Under the pieces are notes generated by a model. That model was not told where the DNA came from, ran no database searches, and was given only the letters and a program-made list of their open reading frames with translations. Made by a program: the position numbers and the translations under genes. A stretch of 64,000 bases of DNA from Nitrosopumilus sp. (GTDB lineage Archaea; Thermoproteota; Nitrososphaeria; Nitrososphaerales; Nitrosopumilaceae), in contig OZ242186.1 in the NCBI GenBank assembly GCA_965205675.1, positions 288,001 through 352,000 on the forward strand, written 5' to 3'. Every line of letters starts with the position of its first letter. Within the stretch, counting starts at the first letter, position 1. This document shows, piece after piece, positions 1-9,984 of this stretch.

Positions 1-154
1 TTCCAATTTGGCTAGGAGTTAAACCGTCTTTAGAATATTTTATTATCAATTCTTCAATTTCTGCAGGACTTTGTGTGATCCAAGAAGGTGCACGAAGTGT
101 GGCTGGTCTAATAGAATGTGATTTTCCATGTCTATGTGTGTGCATTCGTCCCAT
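1..154 (-). CDS. rps15: 30S ribosomal protein S15 (uS15/S13e), 5' part; runs off the window
   Basis: Manual translation MGRMHTHRHGKSHSIRPATLRAPSWITQSPAEIEELIIKYSKDGLTPSQIG is the typical archaeal S15P/S13e N-terminus. Confidence 0.93.
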   Translation of the reverse strand, partial: MGRMHTHRHGKSHSIRPATLRAPSWITQSPAEIEELIIKYSKDGLTPSQIG

Positions 155-278
155 GATTTGGCTCATTATAGAACAAAATTAAATGTTATTTATACTGATC
201 TCGTACATCCTCTTAAAATTTGGGGTTTAGAATAAAAGTTAAATAAGTCTCTGGCGCCAAAACTAGCAGGTAAACCGT

Positions 279-611
279 ATGAATACAAAAGTACTATTAG
301 TAGCATCCTTACTTGCTATATTTACTATTGGAATGTATGCAGACAATATTGCAGCATTTGCCCAATACATGGGTAATGTAGGTAGTCAAGGAGAAACAGG
401 ATCATACACATTAGAAGAAGCACTTGAGATTCAAGCAAGAAGAATCGCAGCAGCTGAAGCAAACCCCTCTTCTGGTTCAGGAACTCCATATCTTGATGCA
501 GGTGGTGTAGTTGGCGCAGCAGTTATTGCAGGTGCTGTATTCGGTGGCATTGCAGGAGCTTTCTTCCTTAGAGGAAGATCTGGCAAATATGCCGCAATGG
601 GTAGAGGATAA
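279..611 (+). CDS. amoZ: Conserved AOA small membrane protein (signal peptide + C-terminal TM helix); probable accessory AMO subunit AmoZ
   Basis: N-terminal signal-like hydrophobic stretch, soluble middle, Gly/Ala-rich C-terminal TM; near the amo cluster. The symbol rests on remembered synteny and topology, not on a search. Confidence 0.6.
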   Translation: MNTKVLLVASLLAIFTIGMYADNIAAFAQYMGNVGSQGETGSYTLEEALEIQARRIAAAEANPSSGSGTPYLDAGGVVGAAVIAGAVFGGIAGAFFLRGRSGKYAAMGRG

Positions 612-797
612 GCAAACCTCACTTTTCTCTTATTTTATTATCTCTTCTTAGTGTAAACTGAATTTATTCAACGATTCTGTGAAGTTATCGGGAGCTAGTG
701 TTTTTTCTCTAGTTCTTTGATTCTTTTTTCTAGATTCAATAACATATGTCCATGAGCATTAATGTGTCCTCAAACATAGATATAGTATACTTGAAGT

Positions 798-929
798 ATG
801 AAAGTCAAAACTGCCATATCAATAGATTATGATTTGTTGTCATGGATTGAATCAGAAACAGAATCTGGCAGATTTGCCAATAAATCACATGGTATCTCTT
901 ACTGTGTAAGAGATCGTGAAATTAACTAA
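798..929 (+). CDS. Ribbon-helix-helix (CopG-like) small DNA-binding protein, 43 aa; not in ORF track
   Basis: MKVKTAISIDYDLLSWIESETESGRFANKSHGISYCVRDREIN has an alternating beta-strand, a helix and the G-x-F-x-N-K-S turn pattern of RHH proteins. Confidence 0.65.
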   Translation: MKVKTAISIDYDLLSWIESETESGRFANKSHGISYCVRDREIN

Positions 930-931
930 AA

Positions 932-1156
932 TTATTTTTTAGAGAGTAATTTATCAATCTTAGATTCTAAATTATCTAATTTTGTGCAATTTTGTAAAAC
1001 ATTGTCTTTTAGTATTCCAATATCTGACTTTATTCCAGAAATATCTTCCTTCATCTTTATTATTGTAATATTGTTATTCTGCATTTCTATATTTAAAGAG
1101 TTAAATTTTGTGTCAAAATGGTCTTTAATATCTTTTATTTCACTCATATTGATCAT
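932..1156 (-). CDS. Small coiled-coil hypothetical protein
   Basis: 74-aa ORF with heptad pattern (IKMKEDISGIKSDIGILK...LDNLESKIDKLL). Confidence 0.5.
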   Translation of the reverse strand: MINMSEIKDIKDHFDTKFNSLNIEMQNNNITIIKMKEDISGIKSDIGILKDNVLQNCTKLDNLESKIDKLLSKK

Positions 1157-1198
1157 ATATTCTAGTATATTATTTATCGTTTACTCAAATGGACTTAT

Positions 1199-2243
1199 TT
1201 TGTACTATACGGAAATTATGTCGCTTATCCATTTGTATCCTCTTCAGCCCAATTGGGGTTATCATCTCTGATCGTTTTTGTGGCAATTCTTGCTTTAAAT
1301 GCATCTAGTGGTCGTTCACCTGCATCAATATCTAGTGAAAAGTGTAGTCTGCGTTCATTGTAATATTTGACATATTCAGACAGACTATCATAGTGAAATA
1401 TCTCTTCTTCAATACTTCTGTGGAATCGTTCTAGCTTGCCATTTGTCTGTGGATGATATGGTCTGGAGTTTATCAACTCAATTCCCATGTCTAGCAATGC
1501 TTCTTCAAAAAGTGTTGGACTCCATGAACCTTTTGGTTTTTTTGATGTCTTCCAACAAAGCATAATCCGTTATCTGAAAGTATTGTAGCAGGGACACCAA
1601 ACTTTTTGACGGCTTTATACAAGACTCGTACTGCATTTTCTGATGTAGCTTGAGTGAATATTTGTGCTGCCATGATACACCTTGAAGAATCATCAAGATA
1701 TGTGACTAGATTCAGCCCTCTAAAGCGCGGGTCCTTCATCATATGCCAATCCACATGCCACATTGCATTGGAATACTTGCGTTCAAATCTTACCCATTTG
1801 CGTTTACGTGATTTTGCAGGGGATGGAATTGATAGATGATTCGCCTTCATTATCTGGTATACTTTATGGTAACTTATAATGTGACCTTTTTCTTTGAGTT
1901 CTTTTGTAAGACGTACTGCACCTATTGGTTGTTCTTTGTGTTTTTGTAATACTAGATTGGTTTGGGTCTCTGATGGTGCTGATGAATGTCTTCCAGGAGT
2001 TTTTTGTACATGTGGTACCACCTGTTTTACGAAATTCTGCCCAAATACGTTGAATATGTCTCTGTGTTACATTCGTTTCATATGCAATTGTAGCTGTTCT
2101 ACGACCTTGTTTACACTGTGCAATGATGTAACGTATTGATTTCTCAGTAAGATATTTCCTCATAATTTTAGATCGATATAGTCTATAGTATTCCTTTACA
2201 CAATGTCTAATCTTAGGACGACCTAATTTTCGTACAATAGACA
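1199..2243 (-). mobile_element. IS481-family element; transposase frameshifted into three ORFs
   Basis: ORFs 1864-2244, 1491-2021 and 1225-1563 give HTH + rve core (WHVDW, YLDDSSR, LSDNG, HPQTNGKLERFH). Imperfect TIRs; flanking direct repeat AATGGACTTAT(TT) at 1188 and 2244. Confidence 0.88.
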
Positions 2244-2279
2244 AATGGACTTATTTTTACGATTATTTTATCTCCAGCA

Positions 2280-2368
2280 GGTTTTAGTTCCCAACTTAGA
2301 CGGTCAAACAAGGTCACCTTTCAAGTAACTCGTTTAGGCGTTCATGGGTTCAAATCCCGTTAGACTCA
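2280..2368 (+). pseudogene. Degenerate tRNA-like sequence
   Basis: T-arm ATGGG-TTCAAAT-CCCGT, partial acceptor pairing (GGTTTTA/TAGACTC), 4/5-bp anticodon stem around CTTTCAA; D-arm irregular. Confidence 0.35.
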
Positions 2369-2482
2369 TCGATATATTTTCTACGAAAATCTACCTACAC
2401 TGTTTGAATCTCCTAGATCCCGATAACTTCACAGAATCTAATAAAGGAAATGTATATATCGCACAAATAGAGCCAAATTATT

Positions 2483-2752
2483 ATGATTCCTATCGTAGGT
2501 ACTTTCCTAAGCATCCTGTCTTCAATTACAGGACAACTAGGACCAAACTATGATCCATTATTTTATGATGTAATGATTTACATCTTCGGAACCATTATGT
2601 TCACAATATTCCTTCTTGGAATTATCTCATTCTGGTTACGTGTACACGGCTGGGCTTACAAAGACAACCGTGAGAGGTGGGTTGATGAATTAGACAGACA
2701 CTTTGAAAGAGAAGGTATCGGTCTCATTCCAGACAACGGCAAATATTGGTAA
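2483..2752 (+). CDS. amoY: Conserved AOA small membrane protein; probable accessory AMO subunit AmoY
   Basis: 89 aa, single strong TM helix, polar C-terminus, close to amoB. The symbol rests on remembered synteny. Confidence 0.6.
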   Translation: MIPIVGTFLSILSSITGQLGPNYDPLFYDVMIYIFGTIMFTIFLLGIISFWLRVHGWAYKDNRERWVDELDRHFEREGIGLIPDNGKYW

Positions 2753-2841
2753 AATTACCAACTTTCATCTTTTCATTATTTTTAATATCTTTTAGTGAAA
2801 ACTATGGATTATTCAAATCCTAATTTCTACAGTCTGCAATA

Positions 2842-3426
2842 TTATTTTTCTAATTCTGGTAGGAAATCTTGTTCTTTGGATGAATCATAATCCTTTGAAA
2901 TAAACACTGCTTTGTAGTGATATTTGTCCTGTATTGGGGTTTTTAGACCGTTCTTTGATAATTTATCATTTACATAAATTTCGGTTTTTGATTCTTCCAT
3001 ATCTCTAATTTTAAATTTGGAAATATACAAGAAATGTCCTATCTCGAATTCTGGGTTTTCTGTCCATTCTGCATATACTGTACCATCATTAGAAAGTGTG
3101 TAAATGGCTCGTTGACAATCTTCTGTTATTCCAATATTTGGTTGAATCTCGGCTCGTTGTCCATCTTTGATCATTTCAAAGGTAAATGATATTTTCCAAC
3201 TAGTATCTATATCGTCAATACAAGCATTATGTGCTTGTTGGCCTATTATGGGGTTTACTACCATACTAGTAAGCAATACTGCGATAGCACCTATGATGGC
3301 ACTTATGATAAGAAATTTTATGGTCTTACTTCTTTTGTAAGGATCCCCCATTCCTGGATATTTCATCGTGATGCCATTTCCATCAGATTCCTTAAAGTCT
3401 TTTCCCTTATTCATACATAATTTCAA
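2842..3426 (-). CDS. Membrane-anchored hypothetical protein (amo neighbourhood)
   Basis: Long ORF with one TM segment and a soluble Cys-containing domain; true start may be a downstream Met. Confidence 0.75.
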   Translation of the reverse strand: MKLCMNKGKDFKESDGNGITMKYPGMGDPYKRSKTIKFLIISAIIGAIAVLLTSMVVNPIIGQQAHNACIDDIDTSWKISFTFEMIKDGQRAEIQPNIGITEDCQRAIYTLSNDGTVYAEWTENPEFEIGHFLYISKFKIRDMEESKTEIYVNDKLSKNGLKTPIQDKYHYKAVFISKDYDSSKEQDFLPELEK

Positions 3427-3721
3427 TGGTATCTAATTGGTCTTGGTGGTCTGCAAGAACGTAGGTTATCTCATCAGAATCAATTTCAAGCCATTCTGAC
3501 TCTCCTTTGTATGGAAGATAGTCTTCAACAAACAAATCTCCTTTCCCTAATATTCTAACAATTATTTTTTCATTTTCTGGTTTTATCTCAAAAGGTAATT
3601 TCAGAACTTTGCCCCTTCTTTGATTTTGTATGTTTACTTTGTATTTGTCAGAACGAAATTCTACCTCTCCAGAAAAATAACTCTGAAAAATATCTAATTT
3701 TGTTATTTTAAAACTTAGCAT
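3407..3721 (-). CDS. Hypothetical protein downstream of amoB
   Basis: 104-aa ORF overlapping the next gene, operon-like. Confidence 0.75.
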   Translation of the reverse strand: MLSFKITKLDIFQSYFSGEVEFRSDKYKVNIQNQRRGKVLKLPFEIKPENEKIIVRILGKGDLFVEDYLPYKGESEWLEIDSDEITYVLADHQDQLDTIEIMYE

Positions 3722-3809
3722 ATTTTCAATATTATTTTCTAAGAGATAAGACTTCGTTTTCTTACGCTAAACGTAAAAAGTATCTAGAAAATGAAAAGGA
3801 AAGGGTTGT

Positions 3810-4379
3810 TTAGATTACTTGCCAGGGTCGTGTTGCAAACGTAATGACATAACCTACACCGATGATAATTGATTGATATGCGATGTTAGTATATGGAATT
3901 GGTTTGATAATTGGTTCGCCTTCAACAACTACTGTTTGACCTGGGCCTAGTCCTGGACCAACTTGTGCTACGTTGAGTTGGGTGTGTACGTGGTATACAC
4001 CTGCTTCAAGTGCTTTGGCTGATAGTGAATAATCGACTATTGAGTTACCTGGAATGTCAAAGACGTTTCCTGGTGGGTCTCTTGCCAACATCTCCCATCT
4101 GTTACCTGCGTTGGTTGACTCTGAGAAAATGGATAGCCATCCTCTAAGGTCTCTTTCTACTAAACTAACTAAAGTTCCTTGAAGTGTCAAGATTTCGCCA
4201 GTTTGTAGGGATTGCCTGTTGAAGGTTTCATCTTCAATTCTAATGAAACGACTCTGGAGTTGTGCTTGGACACCGTGTGCATCTGCAGTTGGAAGTACGG
4301 ATTCAACCCAGTTGAAACCTAATGTTCCTAGTGCTAATACTACAGCAAGTCCAAATACGAAAATTCTTTTTTCGACCAT
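3810..4379 (-). CDS. amoB: Ammonia monooxygenase subunit B
   Basis: Signal peptide then AHGVQAQLQSRF, GVYHVHTQLNV and C-terminal FATRPWQVI; likely start MVEKR at 4379. Confidence 0.98.
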   Translation of the reverse strand: MVEKRIFVFGLAVVLALGTLGFNWVESVLPTADAHGVQAQLQSRFIRIEDETFNRQSLQTGEILTLQGTLVSLVERDLRGWLSIFSESTNAGNRWEMLARDPPGNVFDIPGNSIVDYSLSAKALEAGVYHVHTQLNVAQVGPGLGPGQTVVVEGEPIIKPIPYTNIAYQSIIIGVGYVITFATRPWQVI

Positions 4380-4619
4380 AGTTATCCCTAAGTTTTGAAA
4401 ACAAAACACGTCGTTATATGTTTTACCTTGGTAAAGAAGATCGATATTATTTTTGTTGTTTATCTTTGATGTATAACACTAAAATGAATGGAAAAATATT
4501 CAAATTATTATATTATAAACTTAATAATGTAGAATTTTTATATTTATTATGTAATATTGTGTAATATATTAGAAGAAATTCATAACTTTTCAAACTCTTA
4601 CTTTATATTCCGAATTCAC

Positions 4620-5195
4620 ATGGTTACATACATGGCACAAATGCCCGCATTAATCCCAAAAGAAGTTGAGATCCAGAGACTAAAGAAAATCTGGCTCATC
4701 GTTATTGCAATGGGTTCAACTGCAGCATCAGTCGAAGTAGATAATTTCGTTGATGGTTCTTTACATCAAACCTCTATCAGAGATAGTGCTTTCACACCAG
4801 CACACTGGTGGCTATATTCCCACTTCATCACATTACCACTTGGATGGGGAGCAGCAGCAATCTATGATAGAAAAGTACCAATTCTTAGAGGTCCAAATAA
4901 CTCAATGAACACTGGATTGAAGATGACCATTCTTGGTTACCTTGCAACCATGTTTACAATTGGAGTCAATGAGATGTGGCACTTTTGGTTTGTAGAAGAA
5001 ATCTTTGCAGTTCCAAATCACTGGATGTTTAACATGGGAGTCGTAGTGGCTTTCATGGGTGCACTCGCATACGTAGTTAGAGTATATGCTCGACTCGTAG
5101 AACTTGGTGCAGAAACACCGGGTGAGAATCCTTACGTTGCAGAGATGTACAAGATGGCTTTAGAAGGCAAATTGTACAGCAGATCCATTCCTTAG
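4620..5195 (+). CDS. amoC: Ammonia monooxygenase subunit C
   Basis: MAQMPALIPKEVEIQRLKK, DGSLHQTSIRDSAFTPAH, NEMWHFWFVEEIFAVPNHW. Confidence 0.98.
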   Translation: MVTYMAQMPALIPKEVEIQRLKKIWLIVIAMGSTAASVEVDNFVDGSLHQTSIRDSAFTPAHWWLYSHFITLPLGWGAAAIYDRKVPILRGPNNSMNTGLKMTILGYLATMFTIGVNEMWHFWFVEEIFAVPNHWMFNMGVVVAFMGALAYVVRVYARLVELGAETPGENPYVAEMYKMALEGKLYSRSIP

Positions 5196-5309
5196 AAAAA
5201 GTGCATTAGCACATTTTTTCTTTTATTATTTTTGTCAAAGCCGTAGATCGTACTAGGCCCCACGGTTTAAGAAAGACTTAAAAGGATTCTGAATTAGAAT
5301 AATCTCATA

Positions 5310-5672
5310 ATGACTCTTCCTAAAGGATTCGGTTCTGGCGGTAGCGGTGGATCATCTAGCGCTGACGTAGAACGAATGATTGGTAGACGCGTTGAAAACA
5401 TGACTGGTATGATTACTATTTCATACTGGGCAGCATTACTAGCAACTTTTGGTGGTACTGCAGCAGGATACTTCTATTATCCTTGGGCATATCCAACTCC
5501 AAGTGGCCATTTTGCATTCATCGTACTTGCAATCATCGAGGCAATAGGTTACATCTTCTGTGTTAAAGTCATGGAAGAAGGTTCCAACAAAAACAGTAAT
5601 GGTATTGTTGCCGGCAGTATTGCTGCTTCAGTAGTATTCGTGATATTCATATCAATGTATGTTGGTAACTAG
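5310..5672 (+). CDS. amoX: AMO accessory subunit X
   Basis: 120-aa membrane protein between amoC and amoA, the conserved position of amoX in AOA. Confidence 0.92.
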   Translation: MTLPKGFGSGGSGGSSSADVERMIGRRVENMTGMITISYWAALLATFGGTAAGYFYYPWAYPTPSGHFAFIVLAIIEAIGYIFCVKVMEEGSNKNSNGIVAGSIAASVVFVIFISMYVGN

Positions 5673-5779
5673 AAGGAAAACCTCTTCAGACACTTCTTTT
5701 TCATTTTCCTTTTTAATTAGAATAAACGATCTCCATCACACTCTAAAATTTTATATACTGACCGTTTCTTCATCATGAT

Positions 5780-6430
5780 ATGGTCTGGTTAAGACGATGT
5801 ACACACTACTTATTCATAGTAGTAGTTGCAGTTAACTCAACACTGTTAACAATTAATGCAGGAGACTACATCTTCTACACTGACTGGGCTTGGACTTCGT
5901 ACACGGTATTCTCAATATCGCAAACGTTGATGCTTATTGTAGGTGCAACATATTACCTAACATTTACAGGCGTTCCAGGCACAGCAACGTACTACGCTCT
6001 AATTATGACAGTATACACATGGATAGCAAAAGGTGCATGGTTTGCACTCGGATATCCATATGACTTCATTGTAACTCCAGTTTGGTTGCCATCAGCAATG
6101 CTGTTGGACTTGGTTTACTGGGCAACAAAGAAGAACAAGCACTCCTTGATACTGTTTGGCGGCGTACTGGTAGGAATGTCCTTACCATTGTTTAACATGG
6201 TAAACCTGATAACAGTTGCAGACCCACTAGAAACGGCATTCAAATATCCAAGACCAACTTTGCCACCATATATGACACCAATCGAACCGCAAGTAGGTAA
6301 ATTCTATAACAGTCCAGTTGCTCTCGGTGCAGGTGCAGGTGCAGTATTGGCATGTACATTTGCAGCCTTAGGTTGTAAGCTGAACACTTGGACATACCGA
6401 TGGATGGCCGCTTGGTCAAAGTGGGACTAA
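5780..6430 (+). CDS. amoA: Ammonia monooxygenase subunit A
   Basis: MVWLRRCTHYLFIVVVAVNSTLLTINAGDYIFYTDWAW...YRWMAAWSKWD, 216 aa, canonical archaeal AmoA. Confidence 0.99.
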   Translation: MVWLRRCTHYLFIVVVAVNSTLLTINAGDYIFYTDWAWTSYTVFSISQTLMLIVGATYYLTFTGVPGTATYYALIMTVYTWIAKGAWFALGYPYDFIVTPVWLPSAMLLDLVYWATKKNKHSLILFGGVLVGMSLPLFNMVNLITVADPLETAFKYPRPTLPPYMTPIEPQVGKFYNSPVALGAGAGAVLACTFAALGCKLNTWTYRWMAAWSKWD

Positions 6431-6525
6431 AAATCCAACCTTTTCATTTTATTATTCTATCCTTAGAGTATTCTATACAAAAAATTTAGTTTATAAAAAT
6501 TCAAAAAAACCTCGTTTGATTCTTT

Positions 6526-7386
6526 CTAATAATTTTTAATCAATAATTCAAAATGCCCAGTTCTTTTTTTAGAGTTTGAATTAATGGAACGATTTACTTG
6601 GATTCTGTTAATCTTCCAGGGTTTTTTAGAAAAAATTTCTGCAACTTCTTTAGAATCTGAATTAGATAAAAGAACCTTACATCCTTTAGAATCTAACTTC
6701 ATACATAGTTTAGCTAATCTATTAAGATCATCGTATGTGAAACTCTTATTTGTATAACTTGTAAAATTAGCAGTTTGGCTAACTGGTTGATATGGAGGAT
6801 CAAAGTATACCAAATCTCCTTTTTTTGCATCTTGAAGTCCTGACTCAAAATCTCTACATTTGATTGCAACTTTACTTGATTGCAAAATAGCACTCACTGA
6901 GCGTAAATTCTCTTCATTTACAATATTTGGATTTGAGTACTTTCCTAATGGTACGTTGAATTTTCCTTTACTATTGACTCGGTATAATCCATTAAAACAA
7001 GTCCTATTCAAAAAGAGCAATCTGGATGTCTTTTCGATTTCATTTCGTGGGTTGGACTCTCTAATTGAATAATAATATGTTTTAGAATCTCTTTGATAAT
7101 TTCTTTCATGATTTTTTAGAGATGAAATTAATTCATCTATTCTATTTCGAATTGTAGTATATGTCAAAACTAGATCAGAGTTTAAATCTGAAATGCTACA
7201 TTTTTGAGCATTTCTTTCAGTAAGGATATGGAAGAGTAATGCACCTCCACCTAAAAATGGTTCATAATAGGTACCAAATGATTTAGGGATATTTCCATTT
7301 AGAATGGGAATTAGTTGACGTTTGCCTCCGGCCCATTTTACAAATGGTCTTGGAGTAGTTGCAATTTGTTTGTAAACTTGTTTCAA
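6526..7386 (-). CDS. dam: Dam-type (D12 class) DNA adenine methyltransferase, orphan
   Basis: KWAGGK, EPFLGGG, FNGLYRVN and DPPY motifs; no adjacent endonuclease. Confidence 0.93.
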   Translation of the reverse strand: MKQVYKQIATTPRPFVKWAGGKRQLIPILNGNIPKSFGTYYEPFLGGGALLFHILTERNAQKCSISDLNSDLVLTYTTIRNRIDELISSLKNHERNYQRDSKTYYYSIRESNPRNEIEKTSRLLFLNRTCFNGLYRVNSKGKFNVPLGKYSNPNIVNEENLRSVSAILQSSKVAIKCRDFESGLQDAKKGDLVYFDPPYQPVSQTANFTSYTNKSFTYDDLNRLAKLCMKLDSKGCKVLLSNSDSKEVAEIFSKKPWKINRIQVNRSINSNSKKRTGHFELLIKNY

Positions 7387-7576
7387 TGATTGCTATTGCA
7401 AAAATCATTAACTGTGCTTTAGATAAAATAATTTGATCTTAAACTAACTTTTTCCTAGTCTTAGAATAGCTTAAATACAAATTTCGTAAATTGTTCAAAA
7501 TTATCATTAATTCTCAAAATTAAAGAATAAGGAGGGTGATATCTATCCCAGAAAGAATCGTCTAAATCATGGAGCC

Positions 7577-7618
7577 TTGGTAATGTAAAGGTCACGGGTT
7601 CAGATCCCGTTTGAAGCT
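7577..7618 (+). repeat. 42-bp copy of the 3' half of tRNA-Thr(GGT), att-like, inverted relative to the tRNA gene
   Basis: TTGGTAATGTAAAGGTCACGGGTTCAGATCCCGTTTGAAGCT matches the reverse complement of 17145-17186 with 1 mismatch and starts at the anticodon loop. Confidence 0.9.
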
Positions 7619-7977
7619 CACATCCGTTCACCAATGAAAGATTTGACTCTAAAAGGAAATTTTATGGTGAATAATGGCACTGGATCTGAAATTCAAATTA
7701 TAGAACCAGATGATTTATGACGACATTTATCATTTAAACAAGATGCCATTATTTCGATAAACCAGAATATTTTGACATACAATCCTGATGAATGTGATGA
7801 AGTAACAGTAGATGAAAACGAACAATCTGGTAAGGTAAAACTAGAGACATCTTACATTAATCGTATGTTATCAAAAATTTGAATAATCTATTTAATCACT
7901 ACAAAAAACCCAATAAAATAATGGATGATTATTGTATTATACCCGATGAATAATTAACTCAATGGGGATAAAAACAC

Positions 7978-9981
7978 ATGGGAATTAAAGAAAAAATATT
8001 TGAAAATGAGGATGAATTACAAAAATTTCTAATCTTATTAGCAAATGCTAACAACGAGCCAATCAAAGGACGATTAAAACTACAAAAAATGGTAACTGTC
8101 TAGAGTTTTGAAGTAAAATCTCCAAGATATTCTAAAGAATAATCATGAAAGTTTAATCCTCGTAATCTGCATGTCTCCTTTACACTCATCAGTATCTTAT
8201 GAGAATCAGCACCATGAATGGTTCTATGACCATTTGTAATTTTTCGAATTATCACATTTGGTCTGATTGCCCTCTCTGCTGTGTTGTTATGCGAGTCAGT
8301 TCCAGTAATTAAGAATGTAAAAAGCATTTTTCTCTCACGTTTCAATCTTTTTACAAACCTGATACAGTTTTTCTCTGTGTATTTTTTTGATATGATGTGG
8401 TTAATTCTCCTTTCAAGATTCTTTTTTGCACGGATTCTTTCTGATTCTGATTTTATTTTTGCCACACCATGAGAGTCATAAATTATTTTCTTGAGATTCT
8501 TGGCAAATGGTGCAAATTCTGGTCCGGGATTCTTGTGATTAATGGTATCATTAACCTCTCTGAGATAATGGATGTGACATTTCTGGTGAGTGTTTCCAAC
8601 ATGGTTCCATGCAGGGTACGAATCACTTGTAATGTTGCCATTATACTCCTTGAGAATTCTCTTGGGAACATCCATTGAACGTGATTTGTCAATCTCGTAA
8701 ATTACAGTCCATTTACTCACAAATGCCCACAACCAGTGGTTCTGGCCATCTACCCTCCAACTTGTCTCATCACCATGTATGTTTAGATCTTCTTTTAACT
8801 CTGCAATCATTGTATCATATCTGCTCCCAAATGCTTTTGATACTGTTGATACTGCATGATTAATTGCAGATTCTGTAATGTGTAGTGAGAAGAGCATCTG
8901 CAAAAGATGAGATATTTTACCATATGATAATCCGATAGTTTTTAGTGATATGATTAGCACCATGAGCCTAATTCCAAACCTTTCATTTGACAGTACAGTG
9001 TGAATGTTACCTGAGATTTGTTTTTTGCAGTTTGTGCAGTATCGTCTAACTATCGTATATTTTGTCACAACTGCTTTTGCAGGAATGATGTCTTCTACTA
9101 TTCTGGTGTATGAATCAGTTGGTTCTGAGAGTAATTTGCCACATGTGTTGCACTCTTTTTGGTCAACTGTAATGGCATCATCAATGTGTGCCCGTCTGCT
9201 TCTGCTTTTTCTAGGATGTCTTGATGTTTTCTTCTTTTTTGCAGTTTCAATCTTGTTTGGTTTTGCTTTGATATTTCTTGCAACAAGTGTAGACACTGTT
9301 TGTTTTAGTTCTGCAATTTCTCTGTGTAGTGATTCAATATCTTTGCGTAACTGACGGTTTTCTTGCTCCAACCAGTGACATCTGTTGCGATAATATTCCA
9401 GCTCATCATATACTGACAATTGTATATTGTAATTTATCACTGATCAGAAAAGATATTGATGAAAAATATCAGATAAACAACTTCAAAACTCTAGACAGTT
9501 ACAAAAAATGATGTTTTTGCTATCGGATAAAATTGAAGAAATCAAGAATCAAAGTAGCTATGATGCAGACAATTATGGGCCATATAGCGAGGTAGTTGAC
9601 GAAGAAGCACGATATTTAGAACAAATTGGAGTACTTTCAAGCAGTCCCGGTGAAATCACTCTAACTAAAGATGGAAAAGAGATTGCCAATGAATTACTTA
9701 AAAAAGAAAATAAAAATGTCGTTAATGCATTAAATGAATATAAAAAATTCTTGAATGATTTAAGCAGCAAAGAATTACTTGCTTATGTTTATTCAGCTTA
9801 TCCTGACATGACTGAAGAATCTACCGAGTATGCAAATCTAAAACCCAATATGGAAAACTATATTCTATCCCTGGTAAAAAAACAGAAAATTAGTGCACAA
9901 CGAGCAGCTGAATTATTGAATAAATCACAAGAACACATAATTAAAAAAATGAAAGAAAAAGGCATAATGATGTTGGGATGA
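7978..9981 (+). pseudogene. SocA/Panacea (DUF4065)-like antitoxin with C-terminal HTH, split by IS66
   Basis: 7978-8091 (MGIKE...GRLKLQKM) joins 9511-9981 (MFLL...YGPYS...KISAQRAAELL) in frame once the IS and one TSD copy are removed; about 194 aa. Confidence 0.75.
8092..9502 (-). mobile_element. IS66-family (single-ORF, ISBst12-like) element, copy 1; intact 446-aa transposase 8100-9440
   Basis: TIR GTAACTGTCTAGAGTTTTGAAG; 8-bp TSD AAAAAATG (8084-8091/9503-9510); coiled coil, Zn ribbon, HGDETSW, QKCHIH, NNTAERAIRP. Confidence 0.95.
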
Positions 9982-9984
9982 ATT

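Noticed and set aside
1202-1212. GTACTATACGG at the IS481 end resembling the radA operator
   Set aside because: It is part of the TIR, lacks the palindromic arms and is not in a promoter context; probably chance.
2280-2368. Selenocysteine or opal-suppressor tRNA (TCA)
   Set aside because: Centring the loop on TCA leaves no anticodon stem; only the TTC register pairs, and the overall fold is poor.
4380-4619. N-terminal extensions of AmoB and AmoC in the ORF track
   Set aside because: They come from upstream alternative starts in the AT-rich divergent promoter; conserved sequence begins at 4379 and about 4620.
6526-7386. Restriction-modification system
   Set aside because: No endonuclease is adjacent; treated as an orphan Dam-type methylase.
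7665-7882. Read-through ORF with an internal TGA (possible recoding)
   Set aside because: No recognisable domain or recoding signal; more simply a decayed island gene.
8281-9511. Short ORFs overlapping the IS66 transposase, and similar antisense ORFs across the window
   Set aside because: Shadow frames of well-supported genes with no independent motifs.
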